Shown here in pieces: positions 27,868 to 38,706 of a stretch of 64,000 bases of DNA. The notes beneath the pieces are model-generated. The model made no database searches. It worked only from the letters and a program-made list of their open reading frames with translations, and had not been told where the DNA came from. Numbering within the stretch: the stretch's first letter is position 1; every line of letters starts with the position of its first letter. This stretch comes from a virus. Taxonomy: Duplodnaviria; Caudoviricetes. The DNA lies in the IMG/VR virus record IMGVR_UViG_3300020047_005985, positions 44,242 through 108,241 of that record. One strand, written 5' to 3'. The translations under genes were made by a program, and so were the position numbers.

Positions 27868-29315
27868 GAAAAACAAACAAACTTCCCATGATTTCTGTAT
27901 TGGTTCCAACTGGCGACCAAGTTTTAGCATCAGGGGATTTTACAACCGCAGGTACCAATCTTAACTTACTTAATGGTCAATTAGGTGTATTAAGTTTTGA
28001 CCTCAACTCAACTGTTAAACCAACTGGTAAATATTTAGCTGCTGGAGATGATGCTGCTGAAGTAGCTGCTATTAAAGTAGTTCAAGGTACACCAGCTTCA
28101 GCAAATACTCAGCTTGCTGATATTTGGGGTGTTGGCGATCCTTCACATGTAGAATCAAATGTTATTTTACGTAATGCTGTTCGTTCAGTATATGTAAAAA
28201 AAGCTAAATTTGCTACATTAGGTGCACAAGCAGTAACAACTTTTCCTACCATCGTAAACAATGGTGTTTACAATAGTTATCTTACTTTAGAGTCTGTTCG
28301 TATGGAAAAAGAGTATGGTATTACTAATTCCAATTCTCTCTATGGAAGTTCTCCTATAGTAGCTGACTATGCTGGTATTACCAATCCTTTGGATTATGTA
28401 TTGACTAACATTATGACTGATTTTAATAGTCAGTCTAAAGCAGTAGCTTCTAATACTCGTAAAGGTACTCAACCTTTTGTTGTATTTGGTGTGAAAATTG
28501 CTGGTGGTGCAGGTCAAGCACTTGGTACAATTACACCTACTACCAATATTACCTTTCAGGTTACTAATGGTGTAAATCAGGTTTTATCTAGCTCTGTTGA
28601 ATTAGTACAAGCTTTAGCTCGATTGGTTCAAGATTCTACTTTAACCAATACTTCAACCATTGAGGCAGTTGATATTACTACTGCTGGTGCAGCCGCTAAA
28701 ATTGATGCTTTAATAGTAGTTGGTTTACCTCACACACTTGCTGCTTATTATGATAATGTTGAGCAGAAGATGGTATTCCCAAGGATTAGTCTTGGTGGTA
28801 ATTTTATTTCCGGAACTTCTGATCCAGTAGTAACTACTTGCTATCCTGAAGAAGGTACAGGTCATACTTCTAAATGGAAACTTTGGTCTAACTCTAGAAA
28901 TCAATTGAATATTCATACCATGCAGAATGCACCTCACGGTGATTGGTTTTCTGAAGGTAAGTCTTATATTGATTTATCAAAAGCATTTTATACTTCTTAT
29001 ATTATCGAGCATTATGCAGTAGAAAGTACTCTTACTTTTGACATACAGTCTCCTAAGAAAACAGTACTTTTGTTCCGTTGTGAACCGGATGCTGCTTTTG
29101 TGGTAAATGTTGCAAACGTTGTAACTAGAATTGCTGCTGGTAGTACTCCAATTCCAATGTTAAACTCTAATGATGCAGGTGCAGGTATTATATCTGCTAA
29201 TACTATCACAGGTGTTGAAGCTATTTTATCAGCATGGTTGAAATCAACTAAAACATTAGGTTACTCTGATTTGACAGTAGGTGCTGATGCTACTGATGCA
29301 ACTTATATAGCATAA
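27864..29315 (+). CDS. Auxiliary capsid / structural protein
   Basis: Synteny, Ala/Thr/Gly rich, EGTG motif, followed by a terminator. Confidence 0.6.
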   Translation: MRKTNKLPMISVLVPTGDQVLASGDFTTAGTNLNLLNGQLGVLSFDLNSTVKPTGKYLAAGDDAAEVAAIKVVQGTPASANTQLADIWGVGDPSHVESNVILRNAVRSVYVKKAKFATLGAQAVTTFPTIVNNGVYNSYLTLESVRMEKEYGITNSNSLYGSSPIVADYAGITNPLDYVLTNIMTDFNSQSKAVASNTRKGTQPFVVFGVKIAGGAGQALGTITPTTNITFQVTNGVNQVLSSSVELVQALARLVQDSTLTNTSTIEAVDITTAGAAAKIDALIVVGLPHTLAAYYDNVEQKMVFPRISLGGNFISGTSDPVVTTCYPEEGTGHTSKWKLWSNSRNQLNIHTMQNAPHGDWFSEGKSYIDLSKAFYTSYIIEHYAVESTLTFDIQSPKKTVLLFRCEPDAAFVVNVANVVTRIAAGSTPIPMLNSNDAGAGIISANTITGVEAILSAWLKSTKTLGYSDLTVGADATDATYIA

Positions 29316-29334
29316 TAATTACTTATATTTTATC

Positions 29335-29380
29335 GAAAGGGGAGGAATGCTTAATTGCGTTTCTCCCCTTTCTTATTTAT
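29335..29380 (+). terminator. Rho-independent terminator
   Basis: gaaaggggagg...tctcccctttc followed by a T-rich tract. Confidence 0.8.
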
Positions 29381-29384
29381 TTTT

Positions 29385-30785
29385 ATGGGACAATACGATA
29401 AATACAAAGATTTAATCATTCCGGCTAATATAGCCAAGCTATTTGTCTCATCAGCAAATTCTATATTGGGTGTTGGAATGCCTGGTTCTAGACCTACTAC
29501 AGCAGGGCCAGGAAATGAAGGAATAAATCTTGGGATTTGGTTTCAAGAAAAAATTGATTCTGGTGATTTAGAAATAAATAGTACAGATGTTGATTTAAAT
29601 ACTGCTGTTGGTGTTACTCCAGGCTCTACTGATATTGGTATTTTTACAGGTTCTATTATATCAGACAATACTACTGTAATAAATGCTTTACAAGAGTTAG
29701 AAACTTATATAGAAAGTCTGGTTTTAAGTGGTGGTGGAAACGGTATCTACTCTGGTAGCGGTAACATTCCAAACAACACAACTGCTACAGCTTTAGGTAC
29801 ATTTAATATAGATACTACTGGAGCAATAGGTAGAAATATTCAGTTTGGTGGAATATCAGGTATATCTGCTGAAAGATACGGAGTAAAAATACACTCTGAT
29901 AGTGTTTCTTTAGGTAATGTATTTGGTACATTAAGTCAAGGTCAGATTAATTTAAATGCTAATGGAGTGTCTTTTACTGGTGACACTAATAACTTATTTG
30001 AATTAAATTCAACTGGTGGAGGAGCATTAACTATTCTGGATAACTTTATTATTACGGATTCTAATAATCTTGGTGGTATAAAGTACGGAGCAGATTATTC
30101 AGCATTCTTTACATTAGAATCACTGATTACAAAAAGATATGTTGATGATGCTTTAGCATCAATTACAACCACAGGTGGCGGAATATATGGTGGATCTGGA
30201 ACTGTTCCTACAACAGTAACAGCTACGCTTACTGATAATATTACTTTTACAACAACTAATCCATCAGGATACTTTTTTACAAATATAGGTGATTTAGCAG
30301 GTAGTAACTTGCTATTAAACTTTACAGAAGGAAGATTACGTTATTATGATCTAGCAGGAAATAGTGAAGTTATTACTGATGGTTCAGGCATATCCTTAAC
30401 AACACCTACTACAAATAGAGTAATTATTAGGGGAAGTGATGCAAGATATTTTGCTAATTATGCAGGAACATATTCAAATAGATCTCTAGTTGATAAGGAA
30501 TATGTTGACGGAAAGTTCAGTTTAACTGGAGCATCAATAGGAAGTATATTAGTTCATAATGGAACAGGTTATGTATCTGTTTCACCTATAGTAGAAACAC
30601 AATCAGGAATATCAGGAACATTAGTAACATTGGCAGCAACGCCTTGTAGTTTCTGTTCACTAAACATTTTCAAAAATGGTCAATTATTAGTAGTGACCGA
30701 TGATTATACAATATCGGGTTCTTCGCTTACATTGACAACAACTTTAAACTCAAGTGATAAAATCACTGCTCAATATTATATATAA
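29385..30785 (+). CDS. Tail-fibre-like protein with internal duplication
   Basis: ATG 29385; repeats GIYxGSG..P and Y..Y...SL..K.YVD; Gly/Thr/Asn rich. Confidence 0.65.
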   Translation: MGQYDKYKDLIIPANIAKLFVSSANSILGVGMPGSRPTTAGPGNEGINLGIWFQEKIDSGDLEINSTDVDLNTAVGVTPGSTDIGIFTGSIISDNTTVINALQELETYIESLVLSGGGNGIYSGSGNIPNNTTATALGTFNIDTTGAIGRNIQFGGISGISAERYGVKIHSDSVSLGNVFGTLSQGQINLNANGVSFTGDTNNLFELNSTGGGALTILDNFIITDSNNLGGIKYGADYSAFFTLESLITKRYVDDALASITTTGGGIYGGSGTVPTTVTATLTDNITFTTTNPSGYFFTNIGDLAGSNLLLNFTEGRLRYYDLAGNSEVITDGSGISLTTPTTNRVIIRGSDARYFANYAGTYSNRSLVDKEYVDGKFSLTGASIGSILVHNGTGYVSVSPIVETQSGISGTLVTLAATPCSFCSLNIFKNGQLLVVTDDYTISGSSLTLTTTLNSSDKITAQYYI

Positions 30786-30788
30786 AAG

Positions 30789-33065
30789 ATGGCAGTAACA
30801 AGAATTAGAAATGGAAAACAGCTTCAAACATCTGTTGCTCCTGGTGCCTTAATGGTAACAGACAGCTCTACTGAAGTTGCTTTCTTAGAAGCCTCTACTG
30901 GTGCAGATAGAATTGCGTTTTACGATGATTCGGCTTCTGCAATAGCATGGTTAACAATAGGAACAAATTTATCTATTTCAGGAACAACGCTTAATGCTTC
31001 TGCTGGGGCAGGTGGGTATGCTGAAATACAAGAAGAGGGTACTCCTCTTACAGCCAGAACAAAATTAAACTTTGTTGGTGCTGGTTTTACTGCGTCAGAT
31101 GATGCTGGTAACACAAGAACGAATGTGACATTAGATGCTACACTTAATTCGTTAGCCGCATACAATACAAACGGATTTCTTGTCCAAACAGCAGCAGATA
31201 CATTTACTGGTAGATCTTTAACGGCTCCTGCTGCGGGTATCACAATTTCAAATAACGATGGTGTATCTGGCAATCCGACTTTTACACTAGCTAATGATTT
31301 GGCTGCTGTAGAAGGATTAGCTACTAATGGTATTGCTGTAAGAACAGCAACCGATACATGGAATACAAGAACTATTACTGGAACTACTAATAGAATTGTG
31401 GTTACAAACGGTGATGGTATTTCAGGAAACCCAACTTTAGATGTCGGTACTTTAGTTGCAATATTATCTGATAACGAAACTGTATCTGGCACATGGACAT
31501 TCAGTAATAATATTACATTAAACGGAACTCCTTCTGCTGGAACTGACGTTACTAACGTAACGTTTGTAAATACAGCTATTGCCAATGCAGTAGCTGGACT
31601 TAGGAGAGGTTCAGTTAGAGGTGCAACTACTGCTATTTTAACTGCAACAGCTCAAACAGCTACTACGATAACTCTTGGTGGAACTACCTTTACACATGAC
31701 GGAATAACTTATGCGAATGGTGATACTATCTTGGTAAAAGATTCAGTAACAGGTGGTTCAGGTGGTGCATTTAACAATGGTGTTTATACCGTAGGTGGAA
31801 TTGGTTCATCTGTTGTTCTTACTCGCGTAAGTTGGATGGATGCAGCTTCTGAAATAGATGGCGTATATGTAGCTGTTGAAGATGGTACTGCTAACGTAGG
31901 AACTCTTTGGATCACTGTATCTGAAGTAACTACTTTAGGTACTGATACAATTACCTTTACCAGGATTCAAACAACTGGTACAATTGATGGTACTGGTTCC
32001 GCTAATAAGGTAGCTTATTGGTCTGATGCAGATACACTTACATTTAATACCAACTTTACTTATGATGGTAATAATTTAATTGTAGGTACAACTACCGCAG
32101 CAGGTTCTACTAGATTAACTTCTAGAGGTTCTGGAACAGGTTCAGGTACTTATAACTACACAGGTCAGAACTCATCTGGTACAAGCGTATTTAGAGTTGC
32201 TGATGATGGTACTTTAACTATTGGTGCAACCAACCAGTTAAGTATAACAAAAGATGGATTTAGTGCTACAACCAATGGCATATATTCTTTTGATTATGCA
32301 GGAGCTTCAACAGGCTTTATGTTTACTGGATCAGGTAATACTGGTGTTGATGTTGCTATGGGAGCAAACACCTCAAATGTACCTAATTTAAGTGCTTCTG
32401 GTAATAGAACTAGTACTTCTGCCAATCAAATTCAGTTTAGATCTGGTGGCAGTTTTACACCATCAGCAGCAGGTACTAATACATTTGCTGGTGTAGATGT
32501 TAACCATACTATTAATCAAACTGGTGGACATACTGGTATTACTTATGGTGTAAACGTAAGTCCTACATTAACTGCGGCTTCTGACTATAGAGGTTTTTAT
32601 GCTAATGTATCGGCTTCTCATTATGCGATTTATTCTGATTCAGGTAAAGTTCGCTTAGATGTAGGTTCAGACGCTAACTGGGATATATTAACTAGAAGTA
32701 CAACTGGCGAATTAACGAGAATTGCTAATGGTACTACTGGACAAGTTCTTACTGCAACAACTGGTTCTGCTCCAACATGGCAAGCAGCCGCAGGTGGAAC
32801 TATCACTAGAGCATATTTGACAGGTTCTACTTCTTCAGTTATTGACTTGGACTCAGGTACGGCTGTAACTGATGTTGATGGAACTAATATTGCATTTACT
32901 GTACCAGCAGATTTAGATAAAACATTTGTTGTTAGAAACGGTGTAGTTTTATCTCGTTCTGGAACAGTATCTAGAGATTACACATTGGTATCTGCTACTG
33001 GAGTTCTTACTCTTGCAACAGCACTTACTAGCGATGAAAGTTTAATGGTTTATAAAATAGTATAA
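30789..33065 (+). CDS. Tail fibre protein
   Basis: Two NxDGxSGNPT repeats; VRGATTA..GDTILVKD..NNGVY fibre module. Confidence 0.75.
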   Translation: MAVTRIRNGKQLQTSVAPGALMVTDSSTEVAFLEASTGADRIAFYDDSASAIAWLTIGTNLSISGTTLNASAGAGGYAEIQEEGTPLTARTKLNFVGAGFTASDDAGNTRTNVTLDATLNSLAAYNTNGFLVQTAADTFTGRSLTAPAAGITISNNDGVSGNPTFTLANDLAAVEGLATNGIAVRTATDTWNTRTITGTTNRIVVTNGDGISGNPTLDVGTLVAILSDNETVSGTWTFSNNITLNGTPSAGTDVTNVTFVNTAIANAVAGLRRGSVRGATTAILTATAQTATTITLGGTTFTHDGITYANGDTILVKDSVTGGSGGAFNNGVYTVGGIGSSVVLTRVSWMDAASEIDGVYVAVEDGTANVGTLWITVSEVTTLGTDTITFTRIQTTGTIDGTGSANKVAYWSDADTLTFNTNFTYDGNNLIVGTTTAAGSTRLTSRGSGTGSGTYNYTGQNSSGTSVFRVADDGTLTIGATNQLSITKDGFSATTNGIYSFDYAGASTGFMFTGSGNTGVDVAMGANTSNVPNLSASGNRTSTSANQIQFRSGGSFTPSAAGTNTFAGVDVNHTINQTGGHTGITYGVNVSPTLTAASDYRGFYANVSASHYAIYSDSGKVRLDVGSDANWDILTRSTTGELTRIANGTTGQVLTATTGSAPTWQAAAGGTITRAYLTGSTSSVIDLDSGTAVTDVDGTNIAFTVPADLDKTFVVRNGVVLSRSGTVSRDYTLVSATGVLTLATALTSDESLMVYKIV

Positions 33066-33071
33066 TAAATT

Positions 33072-34850
33072 ATGGCAGCAACAAAAATTACTCCTAAACA
33101 GATAGTTGGAACAGGAGCTAATACTAATGATGTGCTGGCCTTCAATGGAACAGATTGGACTCCTACTGCCCCTTCAGGTGGTGGGAGTTCTTCTGGTATC
33201 GCTGGAGCAGTTCAAATATCTGGAGGTTCCGGTACATTTTCTTCAGACGCAACAAATTTCTTTTTTGACGATACTACCAATCAGTTACAACTAACTGGTG
33301 GTACATCTTATGGGCTTCGTATTCAAGGTCAAAATGGTGGTGTTGATGCTTCAGCTAGTTCAGCAGTAACAGGAGCATTTACTCCATTTAGAAGTAATAC
33401 AAATGCAACAGGCTCTGTAAATCTGAACCTCACAAATTCAAATACTAGTTCTGCAACAGCCCACACTGTACTAACTTTAAGTACATCAGTAGGTGGAGGA
33501 GATCCGTTTGTAAAACTAAATACTGCTGAAATAGGTTATGTTATTGGCGTTGATAATTCTGGTTCTGATAAATTATTTATTGGATTAGGAACTGATCCTT
33601 CTACAATGTCGTCTGCCAATATTACTATTTCTAGTATTAATACTGGTATATCACAAACTAGTCCAACAGCCAAATTGCATATTTCAGGTGGAACAGCTAC
33701 TGCAAATACAGCCCCTATTAAGATAGATTCTGGGACAGCATTAACTACTCCTGAAGATGGAGCTATTGAATATCATGGTTCTCACCTATATTTTACAATA
33801 GGTTCAACTAGATATCAATTAGATCAACAAGCATCTAGTTTAACTGATGGTGACTATGGAGATATTACAGTATCTTCAGGTGGTACAGTTTGGACAATAG
33901 ATAACTTAGCTGTTACAAATGCTAAAATAAATGATGTTAGTTTTGCTAAATTAACCAATGGTACTTTAGCAGCTAACTTAACTGGTACTTTAGTTAATTC
34001 TGGAATTTTAGCTTTTAACTATAATTCTGGTTCTAGTGCTTTATTCTTAGATGATGCTAACTCAACAGCTTCTATGTTTTCAGAAGATGGAACTCAATAT
34101 GTTAGCGCAAGTAATACGTCGGTTACTGTGGGGTCAGGTACTACTCAAATGGAATATATTGATGGAGTTTTACGTTTGTATGACTCTGATATAACTCAAT
34201 ATGTAGGTCTTACTGTTCCTGCTACAGGTTCTCTAACAACTTCCTACACACTCACATTCCCAGTAGATGATGGTACTTCTGGTCAAGCCTTAACTACTAA
34301 CGGTACAGGAGGATTGTCTTGGACAACAGTTGGTACGGGAGATGTTACTGGCCCAGGTTCAGCAGTAGATAATCAAATTGTACTTTTTAACTCTACTACA
34401 GGTAAAGTTATAAAAGCTGCAACTACTTCTGGTATTGTTACTGCTACATCAGGTGCTTACGGAGTAGTTACTGCTCCATCAGGAACTATTGTTGGAACTA
34501 CTGATACACAGACTCTTACAAATAAGCGTATAGATCCAAGAGTAACTTCAACGGCATCTAATACTGCACCAGCTCCAGATGTATCTACAACAGATATTTA
34601 TATTATAACTGCATTAGCAGGTAACTGTACTCTTGGTTCACCAACAGGAACTCCTGTTCAGGGAACAAAACTTTTGTACAGAATAAAAGATAATGGAATA
34701 GCTAGAACTTTAGCTTATAACGCTATTTATAGAGCAATGGGAGTAATACTTCCTACAACTACTGTAATTAGTAAAACACTTTACATAGGATGTATCTATA
34801 ACTCAACTGATACAAAGTGGGATATAGTATCAATAAACATGGAGGCTTAA
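33072..34850 (+). CDS. Tail fibre protein
   Basis: GISQTSPTAKLHI, DGDYGDITVS, DGTSGQALTTNG, TDTQTLTNK fibre motifs. Confidence 0.75.
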   Translation: MAATKITPKQIVGTGANTNDVLAFNGTDWTPTAPSGGGSSSGIAGAVQISGGSGTFSSDATNFFFDDTTNQLQLTGGTSYGLRIQGQNGGVDASASSAVTGAFTPFRSNTNATGSVNLNLTNSNTSSATAHTVLTLSTSVGGGDPFVKLNTAEIGYVIGVDNSGSDKLFIGLGTDPSTMSSANITISSINTGISQTSPTAKLHISGGTATANTAPIKIDSGTALTTPEDGAIEYHGSHLYFTIGSTRYQLDQQASSLTDGDYGDITVSSGGTVWTIDNLAVTNAKINDVSFAKLTNGTLAANLTGTLVNSGILAFNYNSGSSALFLDDANSTASMFSEDGTQYVSASNTSVTVGSGTTQMEYIDGVLRLYDSDITQYVGLTVPATGSLTTSYTLTFPVDDGTSGQALTTNGTGGLSWTTVGTGDVTGPGSAVDNQIVLFNSTTGKVIKAATTSGIVTATSGAYGVVTAPSGTIVGTTDTQTLTNKRIDPRVTSTASNTAPAPDVSTTDIYIITALAGNCTLGSPTGTPVQGTKLLYRIKDNGIARTLAYNAIYRAMGVILPTTTVISKTLYIGCIYNSTDTKWDIVSINMEA

Positions 34851-34851
34851 T

Positions 34852-35541
34852 ATGTCAAGAAGTATAATAACTTCAGGAACAACTTGGACATGTCCAAGAG
34901 GTGTTGATTCAATTTATGTTGAATGCTTCGGTGGTGGAGGAGGAGGTGGTGGAGCCTCTGGAAATCCTTCTGCTGGAGGAGGTGGAGGTGGTGGTGGTTA
35001 TGCTGCTGCAACCCAAACTGTAACAGGTGGCACTACCTATAGTATTCAAATAGGAACTGCTGGAACTGCTGGCCTCTCAGGAGGTGGTAGTGGAGGGGCT
35101 GGAGGTGCTACTTGGTTTAACAGTTCTGGAACACTGAGTGCCAATGGAGGTAGTGGTGGCACAGGAGCTTCAGCTAATAGTTCAAATGGAGCAGAGGGAG
35201 CTGGAGGTACAGGTGCTGCTGGAACAGTTTTAAATACAGGCGGATCTGGTTCTACTGGTAACTTCACTTCTGGTGGAGGAGCTGGTGGAGGATGTGCAGG
35301 TACTTCTGCTGGAGGAAATGCTTCTGGGTCAACTAGAGGAACATCAGGGGGTTCGCCTGCTGGCCCAGGTGCTAATGGTGTAGCCACTAATACTGCTGGA
35401 GGAGCTCCTATATCTGGTTATGGCGGTGGTGGTTCTGGTGGTAGAGCCGGATCTGCTACAGATAGAGCAGGTGGTGCTGGAAGAGTAGGTTGTATAATTA
35501 TAACCTATAATGGTGGAGGAGATTTTCTCCAAATGTTTTAA
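34852..35541 (+). CDS. Glycine-rich tail fibre/tip domain protein
   Basis: TWTCP.GV.SI.VEC.GGGGGGG...G..G.IIITY. Confidence 0.75.
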   Translation: MSRSIITSGTTWTCPRGVDSIYVECFGGGGGGGGASGNPSAGGGGGGGGYAAATQTVTGGTTYSIQIGTAGTAGLSGGGSGGAGGATWFNSSGTLSANGGSGGTGASANSSNGAEGAGGTGAAGTVLNTGGSGSTGNFTSGGGAGGGCAGTSAGGNASGSTRGTSGGSPAGPGANGVATNTAGGAPISGYGGGGSGGRAGSATDRAGGAGRVGCIIITYNGGGDFLQMF

Positions 35542-35589
35542 TCCGGCGATAAAATTTTTATTGTAAATTTGCTACTTAAAATCATTAAT

Positions 35590-35907
35590 ATGAAACAAGA
35601 AATAAAAAGAAAAATTGCCCTGAAAGAGGCTGTATCCAAAGAAATCTTAGACGCAGACACTGAACTTAAATCTTTAAGAGATCAGTTGCAACAAGCACAA
35701 AGTATTTTTAATGCTAAAAACGAAGCGCTTAAAAGATTTGTAACTGGAATTTGTTTACAAGAAGGAGTTAATCCTTTAAAAGAAGGTGTTTTCTTTTCAG
35801 AAGATTACAAGGAAATTAATATTTACTCTTTGGAAGAAGTAAAAGAAGAATCTGCAAAAAAATCCCACGTGAAAAAATCCCCCGTGAAACATGAAAAAGT
35901 AAAATGA
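35590..35907 (+). CDS. Small coiled-coil protein (possible fibre chaperone)
   Basis: ATG 35590; heptad pattern; TAAATTTG promoter-like motif at 35564. Confidence 0.55.
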   Translation: MKQEIKRKIALKEAVSKEILDADTELKSLRDQLQQAQSIFNAKNEALKRFVTGICLQEGVNPLKEGVFFSEDYKEINIYSLEEVKEESAKKSHVKKSPVKHEKVK

Positions 35908-36419
35908 AGTCTTATTTAATTAAAATTTTAGCAGGATTGAATAGTTTTGCATTAACAATAACCTCTATATTTCTATCTTTTATCGCACCAATACAAGGCT
36001 TGGTTTTTCTAAGCATTATATTGTGTTTGTTTGATTTTTTAACTAAAATTTATTTAGTGTACCGCCAAAAAGGATTTAAAGCTATTGAATCTAAAAAAAT
36101 GGGGGACACCGGATTCAAAATACTATTCTACTGCTCATTATTAATAGTATTACAATTAATACATAATATATTTTTCGTAGAATTTGGTCATTCTATATTA
36201 AGTACTATATTTGATCCTGAAAATGTTGAAACAATGATGAAATTAAATATCACTTCTGTTGGTGCTTTTTTAATCATTGTTCGAGAAATTAAATCTATTG
36301 ATGAAAACTGGGAATCTTTTTCAGGATGGTCATTTATAGAAACCGTAGCTAGTAAATTTTCATGGTTTTTTAAATTAAAAAATGGAACTACAACTTCAAA
36401 GAAAACAACAGAAGGATGA
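35904..36419 (+). CDS. Holin
   Basis: 3 TM segments; D..T.I, SKKM..T..K, REIKSIDEN motifs; adjacent to a lysin-like gene. Confidence 0.7.
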   Translation: MKSYLIKILAGLNSFALTITSIFLSFIAPIQGLVFLSIILCLFDFLTKIYLVYRQKGFKAIESKKMGDTGFKILFYCSLLIVLQLIHNIFFVEFGHSILSTIFDPENVETMMKLNITSVGAFLIIVREIKSIDENWESFSGWSFIETVASKFSWFFKLKNGTTTSKKTTEG

Positions 36420-36915
36420 TATTACTTTTGGAGAATTATTTATAAATAATAAATTTTTCTGTTATACTTTAGAAGATAAAATTAGAACGGAAAAAATAAA
36501 AAACGAGACATGTATTCCAGAAGGAGAATACATTGTAGAATTATCTTATTCACAAAGATTTGAAAAAATATTACCTCGTTTGAAACACGTACCTAATTTT
36601 AAAGGTATTTTAATTCATGCTGGTAACACTATTGCTGATACAAGTGGATGTATTTTAGTGGGAATGAATCTCAAAGAAGATTCAATTACACAATCTACTA
36701 TAGCACTGAAACGTTTAATGTTAAAGCTGGATAAAGAACAGAATATAAAAATAAAAATTATCAATCCTAAAAAAGAAGAGATAACTAAATCTCCTGAACT
36801 CAACGTTCAACAAATTCCTAACACAATACAAACTAATAAAACATGGAAAACAACCTCGTTCAAAAAGTTATTAACACAAATCTGGATCTGGTTTCTACAG
36901 AAATTATCCCTTTAA
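36382..36915 (+). CDS. DUF5675 family protein (putative endolysin / L,D-peptidase-like)
   Basis: T.G.L.IN..FFCYTLED...CIPEGEY...ILIHAGN...TSGCILVG. Confidence 0.8.
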   Translation: MELQLQRKQQKDDITFGELFINNKFFCYTLEDKIRTEKIKNETCIPEGEYIVELSYSQRFEKILPRLKHVPNFKGILIHAGNTIADTSGCILVGMNLKEDSITQSTIALKRLMLKLDKEQNIKIKIINPKKEEITKSPELNVQQIPNTIQTNKTWKTTSFKKLLTQIWIWFLQKLSL

Positions 36916-37346
36916 TTGACAACTCTTATGCAAGAGTATCCGCTACAGAAGTTTTAGAAAGATTAAAAACTACTGTAATTGTATTAACTGATGATAATGC
37001 TGCTAACAAAGATCAAGTTGCACTTATTTGGGGAACTCTTACTTCAGATCCTAATATTACTGAAGCTGTAAGACAAGCTCTTTTAGAAGCAATTTCTAAA
37101 ATTGATGAACCTGCAATTCAAGAAGGTTTAAGTTTATTAATTCCACCAATCACTAAAACTTTGGTTGCTGTTACAGATAATGTAAAACCTGATGGTGCCC
37201 AGCTTAAACAAATTTGGAAAGAGTTTTTAGAAAGTCCAGAATTTATTAAGTTTGTTCTCTCTAATCTGGATTGGATTTTATCTAGAATTATAAAGGATAA
37301 AAAGCTTGCTGGATGGATTAGTAATTTAATTAAACTTATAGATTAA
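36843..37346 (+). CDS. Hypothetical helical protein
   Basis: 167-aa ORF in operon. Confidence 0.6.
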   Translation: MENNLVQKVINTNLDLVSTEIIPLIDNSYARVSATEVLERLKTTVIVLTDDNAANKDQVALIWGTLTSDPNITEAVRQALLEAISKIDEPAIQEGLSLLIPPITKTLVAVTDNVKPDGAQLKQIWKEFLESPEFIKFVLSNLDWILSRIIKDKKLAGWISNLIKLID

Positions 37347-37864
37347 TGATAGCAACAATCAACTCAGATTGTTCTATTCTAACATTACAGTCAGATGCTT
37401 TAATTGAAGCACCTGGAAAAACAATTACAGGTTTAACGTTGAAGAGTAGTACTAACTGCTCTTCAACAGAATCTGAACTAAATATAACTAGTTTAATCGG
37501 ATCAATTACTAATGAACAAGTACTAATTTCAGCATCATTGTTTTATGATAACGAAACAAGTACTTCTTTTTGTGATGCTGTGTATCATTATACATTATCT
37601 GTAACTTATGATATAAGTGGAACGGAATATTTAATTGAAGATTCAGCTTGTTTGCTAATTGGTTGTGATTTAAAATGTAAGGTGTTAGAATATTGGAACA
37701 ATACAAAAGATAATAAAGCATGGTTTTTGTATTATGCTTTATTGCAAGGTAATGACTGTGATAGTTGTAATTGCACAGACATGTGTTTAATGTACACAGA
37801 TTTAAAACTACTTATAAATGACAACAGTATCTCCAGTAACTCAGGAGGATGTGGATGCTCTTAA
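37346..37864 (+). CDS. Tail hub-like protein
   Basis: Cys-rich C-terminus CDSCNC...GGCGCS as in crAss-like tail genes. Confidence 0.5.
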   Translation: MIATINSDCSILTLQSDALIEAPGKTITGLTLKSSTNCSSTESELNITSLIGSITNEQVLISASLFYDNETSTSFCDAVYHYTLSVTYDISGTEYLIEDSACLLIGCDLKCKVLEYWNNTKDNKAWFLYYALLQGNDCDSCNCTDMCLMYTDLKLLINDNSISSNSGGCGCS

Positions 37865-38171
37865 ATGTCTATATTTTCAAAACACTAAAACATTAATTGA
37901 GATTGACTGGTATGGATTAGATTGTGATAGAAAAACAATAATTTCTAATTTAGAACTTAGTTATGCATATTTAAACATATTACAAAATTCATGTGAAGTG
38001 CCATATAAAATATTATGTGAAATAAAAGCTTTTGTAAAAAAACTTACGTCTGTTTGTATTTTTACAAATACTAAGTGTAATCCTAAATACACAGTTACTC
38101 CGATAGAACCTATATTAACAGAAACTAGTCTTTCCATATTAACAGAAAACGATATTCCTATATATGCCTAA
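37818..38171 (+). CDS. Hypothetical tail-associated protein
   Basis: Tandem ILTE repeats at the C-terminus. Confidence 0.5.
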   Translation: MTTVSPVTQEDVDALKCLYFQNTKTLIEIDWYGLDCDRKTIISNLELSYAYLNILQNSCEVPYKILCEIKAFVKKLTSVCIFTNTKCNPKYTVTPIEPILTETSLSILTENDIPIYA

Positions 38172-38658
38172 AATTTCAACATTACCTGTTGCAACAACTA
38201 TTTCAGACAGTGTTGTATTTCCAGGTGTTCAAAGTGGTGTTACAAAACAATTTTCCACAGATCTTATTTTAGACTCTGCTGAAGCAAGAACTGCAAATAC
38301 CTTTGGTGAAGGTTTTCATCAACCTTCTACGTTTTATAACAATTTTACTCAACATCCTACAACTCCATTGAAAGTATGGTTGACAGGATTTAACAACAAG
38401 GCTATTTATTTTAGAGGTCAGCTAGATTGTAGTTTGGTAACATTTACACCCAATTTATTTATTCAAGCTTTCAGGCTCCCAACTAATACACGACCTACTG
38501 TAATTTTACAATTTCCTGTAATTGGAAATTATGATGCAATAGGTATTTGCTCTGTCCATCCAGACGGTTATGTTTATTTTAAAAACTTAACGGGTAATCT
38601 TTTAGATTCTGGTGTTATTGATTTAGCAAATGTTAGTTATTATATAGATCCTTTTTAA
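38164..38658 (+). CDS. Short fibre / receptor-binding-like protein
   Basis: KISTLP.A....D...PGVQSGVTK N-terminal module; FRLP...RP C-terminal module. Confidence 0.55.
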   Translation: MPKISTLPVATTISDSVVFPGVQSGVTKQFSTDLILDSAEARTANTFGEGFHQPSTFYNNFTQHPTTPLKVWLTGFNNKAIYFRGQLDCSLVTFTPNLFIQAFRLPTNTRPTVILQFPVIGNYDAIGICSVHPDGYVYFKNLTGNLLDSGVIDLANVSYYIDPF

Positions 38659-38660
38659 TA

Positions 38661-38690
38661 CTGCATAAAGTTCATAACTGTATCTTTGTA
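38661..38690 (+). promoter_or_regulatory. Promoter CTGCA-N15-TATCTTTGTA
   Basis: Same as 10761-10790; intergenic. Confidence 0.65.
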
Positions 38691-38706
38691 GGAAAATAAT
38701 TAAACA

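Noticed and set aside
29355-29384. TTG start for the fibre gene
   Set aside because: Lies inside the terminator hairpin; the ATG at 29385 is more plausible.
30920-31585. 221-aa antisense ORF and similar shadow ORFs (24772-25233, 35046-35387, 18516-18899 etc.)
   Set aside because: Antisense shadows of codon-biased real genes.
29385-38658. Diversity-generating retroelement or invertible tail-fibre cassette
   Set aside because: No reverse transcriptase, recombinase or TR/VR repeat pair seen in this window.
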